DNA from: the human T2T-CHM13v2.0 reference genome, Homo sapiens
DNA: 64,000 bases
Reading direction: 5' to 3' (one strand)
Assembly (NCBI RefSeq): GCF_009914755.1
Contig: NC_060928.1
A program made the position numbers and the translations under genes. Each line of letters opens with the position of its first letter. The first letter of the stretch is position 1. Shown piece by piece: positions 39,379-61,759 of the stretch. The notes below the pieces were generated by a model. The model searched no databases, was not told the origin of the DNA, and was given only the letters and a program-made list of their open reading frames with translations.

Positions 39379-41460
39379 TGATGATATAAAGTGTATGTAT
39401 AAATAAATCTATTTATCTTGATGATTTTTGCTTTCTTTCTATAATGTAAGCTCCATGAAGTCTTAGGTGTTTGTTTGTTTAATTCACTGCTGCATTCTCA
39501 TGACTAAAAATTGGTCTGGCACATGGAGTTCAAACGTATGTATGCAAATGTGAACCGATACCAAATTATCAGAGCACAGTTTGGCAATATACATTCAAAT
39601 CACAAAAAAAAAACTATATTCTCTATTGGTAATTTCAGTATTAGGTACTGATACTAAGGAAGTAAGCATTTGCTTAGATTCAGCACTTTTTCTGAGAACC
39701 AAGATTGAAAATAACCTAGTAAGCCACATGTAATGGATTAGTTCAATATATTCTAATGTTATATAGTAGGATATTATGTATCACTTAAAAAGATTATGCT
39801 GAAGTATGTTTAACATTTTGGGATTATTATATATTATTATATAATGTATATATAAAGAAATATATACTTCAAACATTATTCCATGATATTAAATACTTCA
39901 GTATAATCTTTTTGTATTATGAGTATTTGGGAAAGTATCTTATAAAAGTTTTAAAATACCTGCTTTGTTATTTTTATATTAAAATAATAGAGAAATACTT
40001 AAATCTGTAGACAGTGGTTTCTTAGGTTTGCTATTAATTGCAAAATATAATTGGGGAAGGGTTATTTATATTTTCCAAATTGTTCACAAAAATATGTTGA
40101 TTGTATAATCATAACGTATATTAAATAATTTGATATAAGAATCACACTATAAATTATTACAAAGAAATAATGAGAAATTATTAACCTTTGCATTTGGAAT
40201 GACTTCTATAAAAATGAAAGGCAATATACTTTATAGGTAAAAGTTAAAAAATTACTTTTATGAAAAAGAAAAATCTGAGAACATTGTCACAGAAAACAAA
40301 TCTTGGTCTCAGATCAACTATTATGTTGGTCTGTTTTTTTTTTTTAAAGTTATTGAATGCCCTTCCTTTGAGAGAAGATGCTAAAATACTGCTGCACACA
40401 AAAATATTATATAAAACGTAGACAAAAAGGAACTTAAAAAAGATTGTACTGTGGGATGCTTGAAGTTTATACAAACATTCAAATGTACAGATTTTATAGT
40501 TTGGAAATTTAGACAGAAACAGACTGCCAACATTCTAGGTCATCCTGACCCAAACTCTTCCTAGAATCGATTTATACAGATATTCCATTCTATTTCTTAT
40601 CTATGCTTGAACCGAATACCAAATCACCTGAAAAAAATACTGTGACAACATAAAAGATGTCAGTAAATGAAATAGATTCACATGCTTGGAGGAAAAGAGT
40701 ACTGTAAAGATGCCAATTCTTTCAAAATTAATACATAAATTCAATAAAAATCCATCCTAAATCTCTTTTTGATTTGTTTGCTTTTTTGTGGTTGTGGTTG
40801 TTTTATAACTTGACATACTGATTCTAAATTTCATCTTGGAGATTAAATGTATGAAATAGCTAAGGAAATAATGAGAAAAAAAAGAAGTATGGAGAGAGGT
40901 TTTCATCATAAATCTTTATTAATGGAAAGTGTGGGGCTGATGAAGGAATAGTCAAATAGATCAATGGAAAGCATGGAGAATATGTGTATATGATAATTTA
41001 CTATGTAATAAAGGTGGCACTTCAAATCAATGAGGAAAGATTTGATTATTCATGAAATGACTACGTGTTTGGAAACAGAAAAAGTTTATTTCCTATATAA
41101 TGTTAAATACAAAAATAAATTTCTGCAAGATTATATATGGAAATAAACTATAAATTATGAAGCCAAATATAATAGAATATTTTTCTAATTTTGAGATAAG
41201 AAAACATATTTAAACATTTCATAAAATCTAAGTAAAATTAAATATACAAGTAAGACCAGATAATATTTTTTAAAGTTTATGTAGTGAGGTATTTCATGAA
41301 CAAACTAAATAGAAAAAGAATTTATTATGTGAACTGTTTTAAAGCAACTTTTAGCTGTTAATACGTCAGCACTAATTGCAATTATACAACAGTTTTGGAG
41401 AGATATTTGCTAGAATATATAAAGAGGCTTGAAAATTGTGACAGCCTTTATGTTAGATGC

Positions 41461-41836
41461 TGTGGTGTGCCAGACCATCAGGAAAGAACTTATTCCTCCA
41501 CTTTTTCTTGGGAATGTCGGCAGCAGAAAACCCTCTTTGGGAACAGCTATGCTGTGTAAATCCTTCTTACCTGAAGTCTTGCTCCCTTCCCTTAACCACC
41601 TCACAACCGGTAACTAGTAAATGCATTGGTAAAAAGATTTAGCCCTTCTACCTCAACTCAGGATAAGTCTGAAGGAGTATTTCAGCTTACAGTTTCACAT
41701 GAAGTTCTCTGAGATCACTTTGATCATGCATCAAAGCCCAAATTCTCCCTCTACCCAATTCAGCGCTCTTCCCTGCCACCTTCCTTGAAGAAATCCATCC
41801 ATCTCAAAGTTAAATATCTGGGAAATTGACCTACAA
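41461..41836 (+). mobile_element. LTR16-like ERVL solo LTR
   Basis: CCTCAACTCAGGATAAGTCTGAAGG, CATCAAAGCCCAAATTCTCCCTCTACCCAATTC, CCATCTCAAAGT...TGGGAAATTGACCTACAA. Confidence 0.6.
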
Positions 41837-42095
41837 GTAGAAAATGAACCCAGATACAGGGAAAAATATACAGGGTCATCGAGGGATTGTTTACAATAAG
41901 AAAAAGCTTGAAAACACCTAAATATTCATATATTCACATATGAATATTTGAATATAATATACACATATATAATATGTATATATACACATATGCATATGAC
42001 ATTGTAATATAATGCAGCAATTAGATTTACTTGCAAATAATGTGTGATAGCATCAGAAATTTTACTGTTACAATGTTAAATGAAAAAAAAGTAAC

Positions 42096-42400
42096 TTTTA
42101 GACCAGTGAAACTACTCTGTATCTTGCTATAATGGAATGTACATATTATTATCTATGTCCAAGCCCACAGAGTGTACAACATCAAGAATGAACCCTAATG
42201 TAATCTATGGACTCTGAGTGATGAGGATGTGTCAATGTATATTCATCAATTATTTAAAAAAAATGTACCACTCTGGTGGAGAATGTTGATAATAGGGGAG
42301 TATATATCTGAGGAGGTATTTGGGATATCTTTGTACCTTCTGCAAAATTTTGCTATGTATCTAAAACTGCTCTAGAAAATAGTCTAAATAAACTAATTAA
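42096..42400 (+). mobile_element. L1MC1/2-like 3' end
   Basis: CAGTGAAACTACTCTGTAT...GAATGAACCCTAATGTAATCTATGGACTCTGAGTGATG...AAATGTACCACTCTGGTGG...CTAAAACTGCTCTA. Confidence 0.8.
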
Positions 42401-42811
42401 TTAACTACATTTTTAAAGTTAAGTAACAAAACAATTTATGTAATGTGATTCCTATTATGTAAACACATGCATAGAAATGAAGAGAAGAAATAAATATACA
42501 GTGAGTAATTCTTTTTCTCCCTATGCTTCTAAATTTTCTGTTTCCCTAAATGTCATATATAAATTAGAAAAATAATTTATATTTTTTAATAAATCTGTTA
42601 AAATGGTGATCCAGAAAGATAATTATTACCTTCAATTTATACAGTTTATAACTGCAAATTTGAGACTTATTAAAGCAAATCATGTCCCATTCACATAATA
42701 CTATCAGCAGCAGATTTGAGAGTCAAACTTAAGTGTTTCAAGTGCAGTAGTCTTTCGCTTGATCTTCATACACTGTAAAAGAATCATAGTATATGCTAAT
42801 CTATTTTATAG

Positions 42812-42814
42812 ATA

Positions 42815-42864
<50 letters not shown>

Positions 42865-42873
42865 TACACACAC
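42812..42873. repeat. (TA)n(CA)n compound microsatellite
   Basis: Direct inspection. Confidence 0.92.
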
Positions 42874-45282
42874 TCGGAATGGCTTAGTCAACATAAACAT
42901 GGCCTGAGTTATATAAAATATTGTTATGATTAAAAAGTTAAAAACCTTACATTGAGTTAAAGATTTTTCTTAGATTCATGATCTTTTAGCAGAAGAACAT
43001 GTATATCTTGTATTTAATATAGAATACCTTTTGCAGAGGACTCCCATATACCAGGCTCTGAAAGATACTCACTTAAAAAAGTAAATTCTAACACTGAGAA
43101 ATTTAACTCTTTATCTTTTTATTTTAAAATCATGTTGGAGTTAAAGAAGTGTTTCAAAGACAGTAAAGAGACTTCCCTTATTCCTTTCTCCAAGTTCCCC
43201 ATATGTTACATAATCATCTTACATCAATCAAAGCTAAGAAATTAATGCTGATACAATATTATTAACAAAACTATAGGCTTATTCAGATTCCACCAGTTCT
43301 TCCACTGACATCTTTTTATCTGTCCAAGGATCTAATCTAGAGTCCTACATTGCATTTCTTTGTCTTGTCTTCTTACTCTTTTCTAATATGTTACAGTTCC
43401 TAAGTCTGTCTTTGTTTTTTTATGACCTTGGCATTTTTGAAAAACTCTGGTTAATGGTTTTATAGAAAGTGCATCAGTTTGGTTTTTTCTAATGTCTTCT
43501 CTAGTTAGATTGAAGTTATGGATTTGAGCAAAGAACACCACAATGGTGAGGTGCCCCTTAGTGCTTTATGTAAGGTGTGTGTGACTGTAAGTCTTAATAC
43601 TGATAATATTAACTTTGATCACTTGGTGAAAATGGTATCTTCCAGGTGTCTCTCTAGTAAAGTTACACTTTTATACTTTGTAAATAATATTTATTTGGGG
43701 AGATATTTTGAGACTATGCACATATACTGTTTTAATTAAACACATCCTCTTCTTAATTTGCACAATAATCTCTATTTTATGCTTACAGTAATTATTACAG
43801 TGTTCTAACAATGATATTCTATTTCTTTCTTTCTTCAAAATTGATTAATTAAAACTCTTCTGTAAGAAGGAATTGTCCCTTCTCTTTATTATTTCTTTAT
43901 ATCAGTTTGGCATATGAGTATTTATTTTATTTTATGAGCAATTATTTTATTATGCTACAATTCAACATTATCATTTTTTTTGCTGATCAAATTGTTCCAG
44001 CTTTGGAGATTGGGACCTCTTTCAGGTTAATTCTTAGGTCTTTCAAAAGGCCCCACTCTTTTTAATTGAAACTTCCTTCTAGGAACATAAAATGACCCAC
44101 ATTTAATTTATATTTTTCTTGCATATCCCTAGAATCAATCACATCTTTAAAGAGTCCTGGTTCCTTGTACAGGAGAATACTATTTAAAAATAAAGATATG
44201 TTGGGAGGCATCAAGTTTGTTCACTGCTACTAGGGTACACTGCCTATAGGCTGCTCAGAAGACAAAGCTAGAAAACTTATATATGTATATATACTAACCC
44301 ATGTTTACACCCACCTATATCCATCTCTCTCTCTGTGTGTATCTACATGTGTATATATATTTTATACAGATATCTTTGACTCCGCTCCAGGAGCACAGGG
44401 TTTTTTTCCATTCTCTCTTTGCTTAATTATGACATCTATCTTTAACAATTCTCTTTATCTATATTTGCCCATTTATTCAGTCCAAGTATAGCTATAAAAT
44501 AGTTTCAGAATCTGACCGGTTTCCTTGTGAGAAGTAGCCATTTTAATCAGAGTACAGAGTTTGTGTACAGTTATTTTGTTTTTAGCTTCACAATATCCAG
44601 TCAAAACACTGTTTTCTAAAGTTACTTCGGTAAGAGCTTTTCTTCTCCACTCCCTATATTTAGAGATGTCATTGATGTGTAATAAGGTTGAATTCATTTG
44701 TCACAGTCTATGGTCCTTCTTGTTTCCTATATATTCTGGTGAAATTTTTATTTGCATACAGTAAAATTGTCTCTTTTTTTGTACAGTTCTATGGGCTTTG
44801 GCAAATGCATAGATTTTTGTCTACTATCATAATGTCATACAGAAGAGTTTCATCACCCCCAAAGTTGCTCTATGCTCCACCCACCCCCAAACCCTGGGAA
44901 CCAGCAACTAATCCTTATAATTTTGCCTTTTCCAGAATGTCATATAAATGGAAACATCATAAAACATGTACTCTTAGGGTTTTGTTTCTCTCACTTATCA
45001 AAACGCATAAGATTTATTTATGTTGCTGTATAAAACACTACATCATGCTCTTTTTGGTTGCTGAGTTGTATTCTATTGTATGAGTATACTACCATATATT
45101 AATTCACCCATTTAAGAACTTCTGGGTTCTTTCAAGTTTTTTGTTGTTATAATAAAGCTGCTTATACAAAAATTGATGTCCAAGTTTTTGTGTGAAGGTA
45201 AGTTTTGAATTCACGTGGTCAAAAAACAGAGTAAGATTGATGGGGTTGGATGGTAAGTGTACATTTAACTTTATAAAACACA

Positions 45283-45471
45283 ACCGTGTGCAAGTTAGTT
45301 ACATAAGTAAACTTGTGTCATGGGAGTTCGTTGTGCAGATTATTTCATCACCCAGGTATTAGGCTTAGTACCTAATAGTTATTTTTCCTGAACCTCTCCC
45401 TGTTACCCTCTACCCCCTAATAGGCCTCAGTGAGTGTGTGTTGTTACTTAAAATAAAAGTTAAAAAAAAAA
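45283..45471. mobile_element. Miniature 5'-inverted L1PA13-15-like 3' end (45283-45445 minus, 45446-45471 plus)
   Basis: GTAAACTTGTGTCATGGG..GTTGTGCAGATTATTTCATCACCCAGGTATTA is L1PA 3' UTR antisense, directly followed by the sense terminus ACTTAAAATAAAAGTTAAAAAAAAAA. Confidence 0.75.
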
Positions 45472-45792
45472 TTGGAAAATATGAGTCACAAGTATAATAA
45501 TGCTCTCTGAATATTTTGGCCATGATGAAGCAGGAGAAATAAACCATTTAAGAGAATTTTTTAAAAATAATTCAAGCAGTTTTCTCAAAGTGGCCATAAG
45601 TTCGTACCATCAATGTAGGGCAGTTTCAGTTGCTCTGCATACTCGCTGATTCTTAGTATTGTCAGGTTTTGTTATTGTTTGTTTTGTTTTGCCATTTTGA
45701 TAGCTTTGTAATGGCATCACACTATAGTTTGACCTTACATTTTCCTAATGAAGAATAATATTGTGCATGTTTTAAAATACTCATATGTCATA

Positions 45793-50296
<4,504 letters not shown>

Positions 50297-51264
50297 TCAT
50301 ATTTACAATTTCTTTAGTAAAATGTCTTTTCAAATTCTGACCATTTTTTATCTGCTGTTTATTTTCCTATTGTGAAGCTTTGGGGGTTATTCTGAATAGA
50401 AGTCCTTTATCAGATATATAATTTTCAAAAATTTTCTATTGTGGCTTATCTTTTCATTCTCTTAAAAGTATCATTAATAGGACAAATATTTTTAATTTGG
50501 TTATCATTCAATTTTTTTTTCTGTTATAGGTTGTTCTTTTGCTACACTATATAAAAACCCTTCACCAAAACCAAGATCACACAGATATTCTATGAATTTT
50601 TTGAGAAGTTTTATAGTGTATAAACCATTTTTTAATTCATTCTAAGAACCATTTGAATTCTTTTAAAGAAACTATAAAGCAACTTAAAGGTTTTCCTTCA
50701 TTTTGCTTTGTTTTGCATATAGATTTCCAACTGTTTCATTGGTGTATGTTGAAAGACTATCCTTTGTCTCTGACTCTTGCTCTCTTATGCCAGGATTCAC
50801 GAAACTGTGACAAATTAACTTGTTAGCCTGCAAACAGGGCTAAAGCTCAAACACTCATCATTTTTTGACAACAAAGAGTTCTTATGCCTTGAAATGGACA
50901 TGTATTTCCTTGTGCTAAGCCTCCAGTAAGTTGGATTTAGTTGATCTAATTAAGACTTGAACTGGGTTTTAGGTTTATTATTGCTATTGTTAGTTTTAGT
51001 ACAACACAGCCATTAAAATCTTTTAGGGATTATTTTGTTTAGTGTAGGTGTTGATTTGCCAGAATTTTCCCCCCATTATTTACTCTACTGTGAGGTTTAG
51101 GTTTTCCCTTTGTACTGCACCTCAGAAATGCTTTGTTTCCTGCAAGTAATTCTTTCTTTATTGAACATTTGTTAACTTGATGGTAAAGGTGGGGAATTCA
51201 ATGTTGTTCTGATAAAATTTAACTACAAGGTAGATAGGGTGTCCCTGGGTCTCTGGGATATTAC

Positions 51265-51995
51265 TGTAACTACCCAGTGAGTTCTCCTTGCCCAGTGCCC
51301 AGACAGCAGATTTATCAAGACAGGGGAATTGCAGTAGGGAAAGAGTTTAATTCACACAGACATCTGGAGTTTTATTATTATTCAAATTAGTCTTCCTGAA
51401 AACCAGGGGATTTGGGTTTTTAAGGATAATTTGGTGGGTAAGGGGTCGGAAAGTGGGGAATACTGATTGATAGAATCAGAGATAAAATCGTGGTCAGTAG
51501 AAGCTGTCCTCTTGCACTGAGTCCGTTCCTGGGTGGAGACCACAAGACTAGATGAGCCAGTTTATTGATCTGGGTGTTTCCAGCTGATCCATGGTGTACA
51601 GGATCTGCAAAATATCTCAAGCACTGATCTTAGGTTTTATATTAAGGATGTTATCCCCAGGAGCAATTTGGGGAGGTTCAGTATCCTGCAGCCTACAGCT
51701 GCGTGACTCCTAAACCATAATTTCTAATCTTGTGGCTAATTTCTTAGTCCTGCAAAGACAGTCTAGTCCCCAGGCAGGAAGGGAGTTTGTTTTGGGAAAG
51801 GGCTGTTATCATCTCGGTCTAAAAATTAAACTATAAACTAAGTTCCACCTCCCACCTCTCCACAAAGTTATCTTGGCCTATGCCCAGGAATGAACAAGGA
51901 CAGCTTGGAGGTTAGAAGCAAGATTTAGTCAGTTACATCAGATATTTTTCACTGTCAAAATTTTCTCAGTTATAATTTTTGCAAAGGTGGATTCA
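51265..51995 (-). mobile_element. LTR8A/B-like ERV1 solo LTR
   Basis: 731 bp, TG...CA, exact 4-bp TSD TTAC; TTTATCAAGACAGGGGAATTGCA, CTGCAAAATATCTCAAGCACTGATCTTAGG, TATAATTTTTGCAAAGG. Confidence 0.88.
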
Positions 51996-54900
51996 TTACC
52001 TCTTTAATGATTCTCTCTCCAGCACAGTTTTGAGCCCAGTCCTTATTTGCCAGGGGTATATGGTTCATGGCCTGTCCCTTTCTCCCAGCAGTAGTGGGTT
52101 TTCTCCAGTGCCTGAGGACAATTCGTTTCCTTTGTCTCAGAGATTATTGCATTTCTTCCTTAGTGGAGATGAGGGAGAATGCCCCCAGAGTTCCTTACTG
52201 CTTTTGCATTGGTTTCTATTCTCCTCTCCTTTGGTTCTGTCTCCCTACACTGCAGAGTTTTTCTGGACTCTCTCGAACTTATTTGGTGGGGTATGTGCAC
52301 ACTAAGACTTCAGAAATTTGCCAATCATCTTACTTGAACTCTACAGGAATCCAGGAGCAGCCTGCCCAGATAAGCCAGTGTTCTGGTTTTATGCCATACT
52401 CACAGGTGCCTGCCTCTCCTTAGATTTTGGGCCCTGCAACCTCCATGCTCTGATGCGTTTAAAAAATATACAGACTTCTGGCAAATCAACACCTACACTA
52501 AAACAAACTTCTTGTTTACTTGACTTTTGTTGTTTTTGTTGTAAGGTTGAGAATGATAATCCTTCTGGCTCTCTATATACCTGAGCAGAAATTGAGTGTC
52601 AATTTAATTCTTTTCTAAAATTTAATTTCAAAAAGCAACTGACTGAAAATTTGTACCTTTTTATTTTGAGAGACTCTCCATAATAATTTAGAGTTCTAAA
52701 TTATGATGATTTTTCTTAATAATTCATTAATTAGGTACAGCTCTGCTGATTTAATGAAACAAGTAAATTCATGAGTCCTTGGAGCATCACAGCCTTGAGA
52801 AATTTCCTTAATACTTCTGTGACTCTGTGACTGAATTAGTAAAGCAATAATAACAAATTTTCCATCTAGTTCCAGCAATATAATGAAGATTTAAGAACTA
52901 AAAGTGTTTTGCTATTTTCAAAAGGTAATTTTTTTAAACAAAAATATTTGTTCTTACGGATTATTAACTGCACTGCCATGGAAATTTTATCTAGTATAAG
53001 TAATGTCATGACTAACCAAAGTAGAACAGAAAAATTGAGGACAAAGAATGGATTCTTTACAACAAATGACATAAAATAACAGTCCTTAAAAAGTTAAATC
53101 ACTGTATTTTTACAAAATAAAATTATTTTCTGACCTTTTAAAGTACATTTACATTTGAAAAATACAGAAATAATTCTAAAATTAAGGGGGAAAATTTCTG
53201 ACTATGGAATATAAACTGTAATCAAAATTAAGCTACAAAAATTTGGGAGCGATTACCTATCCCCTAAAATTTTATGTGAAATTTCACTGGAAAAACTCCA
53301 AAATTTTCTTCATCACCCTGCATATCTGCTTTATAGGCCCCATTCTTATTAGAAGAAATATCACATATTAAGGACAGTTATAAGATGAAGAAGGATGCTC
53401 AAAGTTATAAAGAAGCTGACTAAACAACAAACTTGAAAATTGTTTCACAGCAAATGATAAGAGGGCTTAAGGAGTCATTAAAAGAGAGACTTAAGAATAA
53501 GTAGGAGGATAATGATGATTACCATTTAATCCTGGTTAATAATGCAAAGGTTAGAAGTCATATACAGTAACTTGCAGTGTATTATTTTAATGTTTTATTA
53601 CTGTGATGGAAAGCATCTGACATAAAGATTGATTGGATGCAAGTCACCCCATCAACTCTTCTGTCGAAGTGGGTAAATCTCTTTGAGAAGATATGTCTGC
53701 AGCCTGCCTGACTCTGACCTACTGTGTTGAGAACAACTGGACTATACCAGATGTGTTTCATTCTGCTTATTATTGTGACTCAGAAATGCTTTGATCTTAC
53801 AAAACTTTAACTTTGAAGATTAGGCCTGATGTGAAACAAGGAGCCATTATAAGGAATAAATTCCAAAGGCCTAGATACTCACACCTTTAACATACAGATT
53901 TAGTAGGAGGAATTATATTTATAGAAACATGAAAATTAATTTGTTCCCCATAATTGAAGCAATGAACTATTTTTTAATGAATTCAGACTAATGATCTTAA
54001 ATTATTTTCTGATTGCGAAGAATTTCTTTTTTAAAAGGCATATTTGAATAACAAAATTTTTTTCACCTCTGAAATAAAGTCCCAATCCTTTTATACAAGG
54101 TGCATAAAAAATCTCGGTACAATGTTTTTTCCAACTTCAACTTTGCCTGATTTTCTTCAACAAAAGTCTACTGCTAAAAAAAATCTGAATACTACTAACC
54201 ATTCTACTTATTTTTTTATATTATGCTTTATTTTTGTAACACAATGTATGAATAAATTAATAATCCAAGAGAATTAATATGCTTAAAATGAAATACAACA
54301 GTTTCTGCTCTATTTTCAGACATTTCAAATCAGCAACCAATGATAGTTTTAAATTTTTCTTTTGATGTTTATCAACATATGCCACAAAGCCTAACCTATT
54401 ATTTGGCTATAACCCTTGTTTGGTACTTAAATGTGCTGGCATTAATTATTTATTATTTCTCGATTGTTTATATTTATTAAAGAAACTCCAAAAAAGGGCC
54501 ATGCACTTGCTATGACAATTTCCCTAGTCCCGTAAATAGCGTACTAATTGACTAATTTGAAGTTGTGTCTCTGAGTGTATCTGGTTTACCATGATTCATA
54601 CTTCTATTGTTACAAAAAGTTCCTCCAAATGCTTTTAAGATTCTCATTTACAACATAAGTAGTCATTTGCAAAATATCATGATAATCTACATAAAGCTAT
54701 AAATATAAATAAATAGTTGAAGGTATTGTTGAACAATTTTTTAAATAATAAATGGAAAATGGAATAAACTTTTAGATATGTTCAAAAAGCTGAAAGAGAA
54801 TTTGTATGTTTGACAAAGAAAACATACAATTTAAGTATTTCCCTATAGAACTGTTAATAAAGAATTATTAACAAAGAGTTGAGATGTTGGTATTTGTGAC

Positions 54901-55484
54901 ATGATTTTTCCCATTTGTAGCTTTCATCTTGGCTTATTTAATGCTGTATTTTTTTCTTGCAGAAATAGCTACCTTAGTCTTTGAACACTGGAATTATCCA
55001 TCCATTGTGTTTTCATTTAAATAAGAGCACATTAAGATTCTAGATGATTAATTTTTTTATAAAAAGAGATATAAATCAATGAAAATACCCTATTTTTACA
55101 CTAGATACGTGTGAAAAGTGCAACCATTGCATTTCAGTTTCAATAGTGGCTTCTGTTTACATATTGTTATGTTTTAACTGGATGATAGACCTGTACAACC
55201 AATATTATAAAGTCTATTTTAATTACATCAGAATTGGTTTATTCTGAGATGTTTGCTCTAAATCTAAAATTTTAATGGATCTGTAATAATCCTGACTTTG
55301 TGTAAGTCTGCATATATCTAAGTTTCATCTTGTAAATTAAAGTGAAAACACTAGGGTAATTTATGTATATGTTGACTTAGCATCATACATATGTGTATGT
55401 TTATATAGATATATGTGTGTGTATAATTTTACTCATAAGTTAAATATATGGAACTCTTACAACACACAAGACACTATCTTTAGT

Positions 55485-55765
55485 AATCCTCCCAGAAACC
55501 CTATAGGTAGGATTATATATATTAACCTCCATACCAGCACAATTCAGACAGAGAAAAGTAACACTATTAATAATTTTCCTGGGGCAATAGGCAAAATTCA
55601 GGATGAATAGTCACCCCACCTAGAGAGTAAACATTTTCCAGACTAACTCATTTGAGAATGATTTCTGCAATTATAAATGAGGACACCAAAGTTTAGAGAG
55701 ACAAAGGAATTTATTCAAGTCACACATCTATTAAGCACATTAGGTAAAATTCAAATTTAGGATAT
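55485..55765 (-). mobile_element. MIR fragments
   Basis: AATCCTCCCAGAAACCCTATAGGTAGGATTAT and ATAAATGAGGACACCAAAGTTTAGAGAG...AAGTCACACATCTATTAAG. Confidence 0.55.
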
Positions 55766-55869
55766 ATAATGAGAGAGACTCCTATTATATAAAATATAAA
55801 AATATAGTAGTTTCAGAACAGAAATTGTAGCATATTAGCAATTGATTAAATGTACATGTGGGGTTTTTT

Positions 55870-56010
55870 GGAATTCTGAGAGACATATGTCTGGAAAGAC
55901 ATACAAGCAAACTGTTAACAGTGGTTACCCATGAAGAATGAGTGGTTGGATATGGGGAAATTTTCACTTTGGTATGTATAAATTTCTCCATTTTCAATTA
56001 CCATACAATC
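55870..56010 (+). mobile_element. L1ME 3' end fragment
   Basis: GTCTGGAAAGACATACAAGCAAACTGTTAACAGTGGTTACC. Confidence 0.55.
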
Positions 56011-57019
56011 TATCCCCCTATGATCTCCTGACACAGCCAAAGAGCATGTGTTATTTTACTGAAAGAAAATATGTCAACATTATTTATATTTTAACTTTTT
56101 AAATAAAAGACACACAAAAGTTAACTTCACAAACATCCTGTACACATAAATGACATCCTGCTTTGAAAGTAATAGTTAGGATTACACTAATTTCAGGTTT
56201 ATCATAACTGGAGCTAATATTTTGTATTTTAATAAAAAAGCTTTAAAACATTTTAATTGTCTAAAACATTGAAAGTTTGAAAGTATAGTCATATTTCAGT
56301 GAGAATAAAATAGGTTATATTAAATAATTTTAAAATGCAATTAAATAATGGACTCTACTTTTCAAATCTAATTGAGATTGTATCCTATTATTTTCTTGCT
56401 TTAAAAGTTTTTGGTTTAGATAAATAAAATAATTAGTTTAATAAATTATTAAGCTCATATGTTTGTATAGAAACACAGAAAAATATTCACAATGATAAGA
56501 TCTTATATTACAGTAAATGAAGTAAATCAAAGTCCTTTTTAAGTCAATCTTGGTTTTCATAAATTTCATACCTCAGAGGCTCATCTAAATTATGAGTGAC
56601 TTTGTTGCAAGTATACTGGAAACTTTATAGTCTTAGAAGGGAAGATTATTTGCTTAAAGAAAAAATTTACATAAAATTTTGTTCCATAAAATACAAATCC
56701 CAAATAACCAAAGTAGCCACACAATTTTAGCGTACTTTTCTATGCAAGGAGAAGAAAGAAACAATCCTGAAGTGGACAATTGCTTGAAAAGAATCACTGG
56801 CAACTCATTAGAGAGTTACAGCTACTTGTGGTACTCTATAGGATTAAGGTCAGTTACTCTTTCCCTTATACCCAGTAGCTATGCAGTAAAAAGTTTGGTA
56901 ACTGGAAGCTATCAATTTTGAAGTGAGGAATTGATAGAAATTGTATATACATTTGTGCTTGATTGATAAAAGTTAGGATGTGAGAATTGTTTTTTAACAA
57001 GCATAGGCCTTATCCTGTC

Positions 57020-57160
57020 CATTCTTACCCAAACAAGACTGATGACTCAGGAGGCTGAACTTCTGTTTTATCCATCTGTAAAAGGGAGATAAAATAGCAT
57101 AAACATCAAAGGGTTGTTGTAAGTGTTGAAGACACAAAGGATGTAAATAGCATGTATTAT
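57020..57160 (+). mobile_element. MIR fragment
   Basis: CATCTGTAAAAGGGAGATAAAATAGCAT...AGGGTTGTTGTAAG...ATGTAAA. Confidence 0.65.
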
Positions 57161-57397
57161 ATGTAAATAAAAGGAGATATGTGGTATAATTAACTTTTTT
57201 ACTAGTATTATTTAAAAATAACAGAATAGGCTTAAGGAATGAATACAAACTAATATATTTTATTATAAAAAATGTCTGAATTTCAGTTACTTTAAAAACC
57301 GAACAGCTATTTACGACCTTTCATATGTATAGCATAATGAAACAAGTTCTATCATTTTGGAAAAACAGAGGATATCTGATTAAAAATAATATTTTGT

Positions 57398-61759
<4,362 letters not shown>

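Larger units (their letters stand above)
36520..39550 (+). mobile_element. Long L2 relic, interrupted by MLT2, a local duplication and MLT1A
   Basis: GAAACTGCCCATGTCAAGGTCACCAATGA, CCAGACTCACATATCCAACTGCC, CATCTCAAATTTAACA, CCTTCTGCCTAGAAATGCTCTT, AATGTAAGCTCCATGAAG, CTGGCACAT. Confidence 0.8.
40640..42560 (+). mobile_element. Ancient L1ME ORF2/3' relic with nested inserts
   Basis: TACTGTAAAGATGCCAATTCTTTCAAAATTAATACATAAATTCAAT, ACTTGACATACTGATTCTAAATTTCAT, CAAATAGATCAATGGAA. Confidence 0.6.

Noticed and set aside
41920-41949. Perfect 11-bp inverted repeat AAATATTCATA/TATGAATATTT
   Set aside because: Lies in AT-rich low-complexity sequence where such hairpins arise readily; no element structure.
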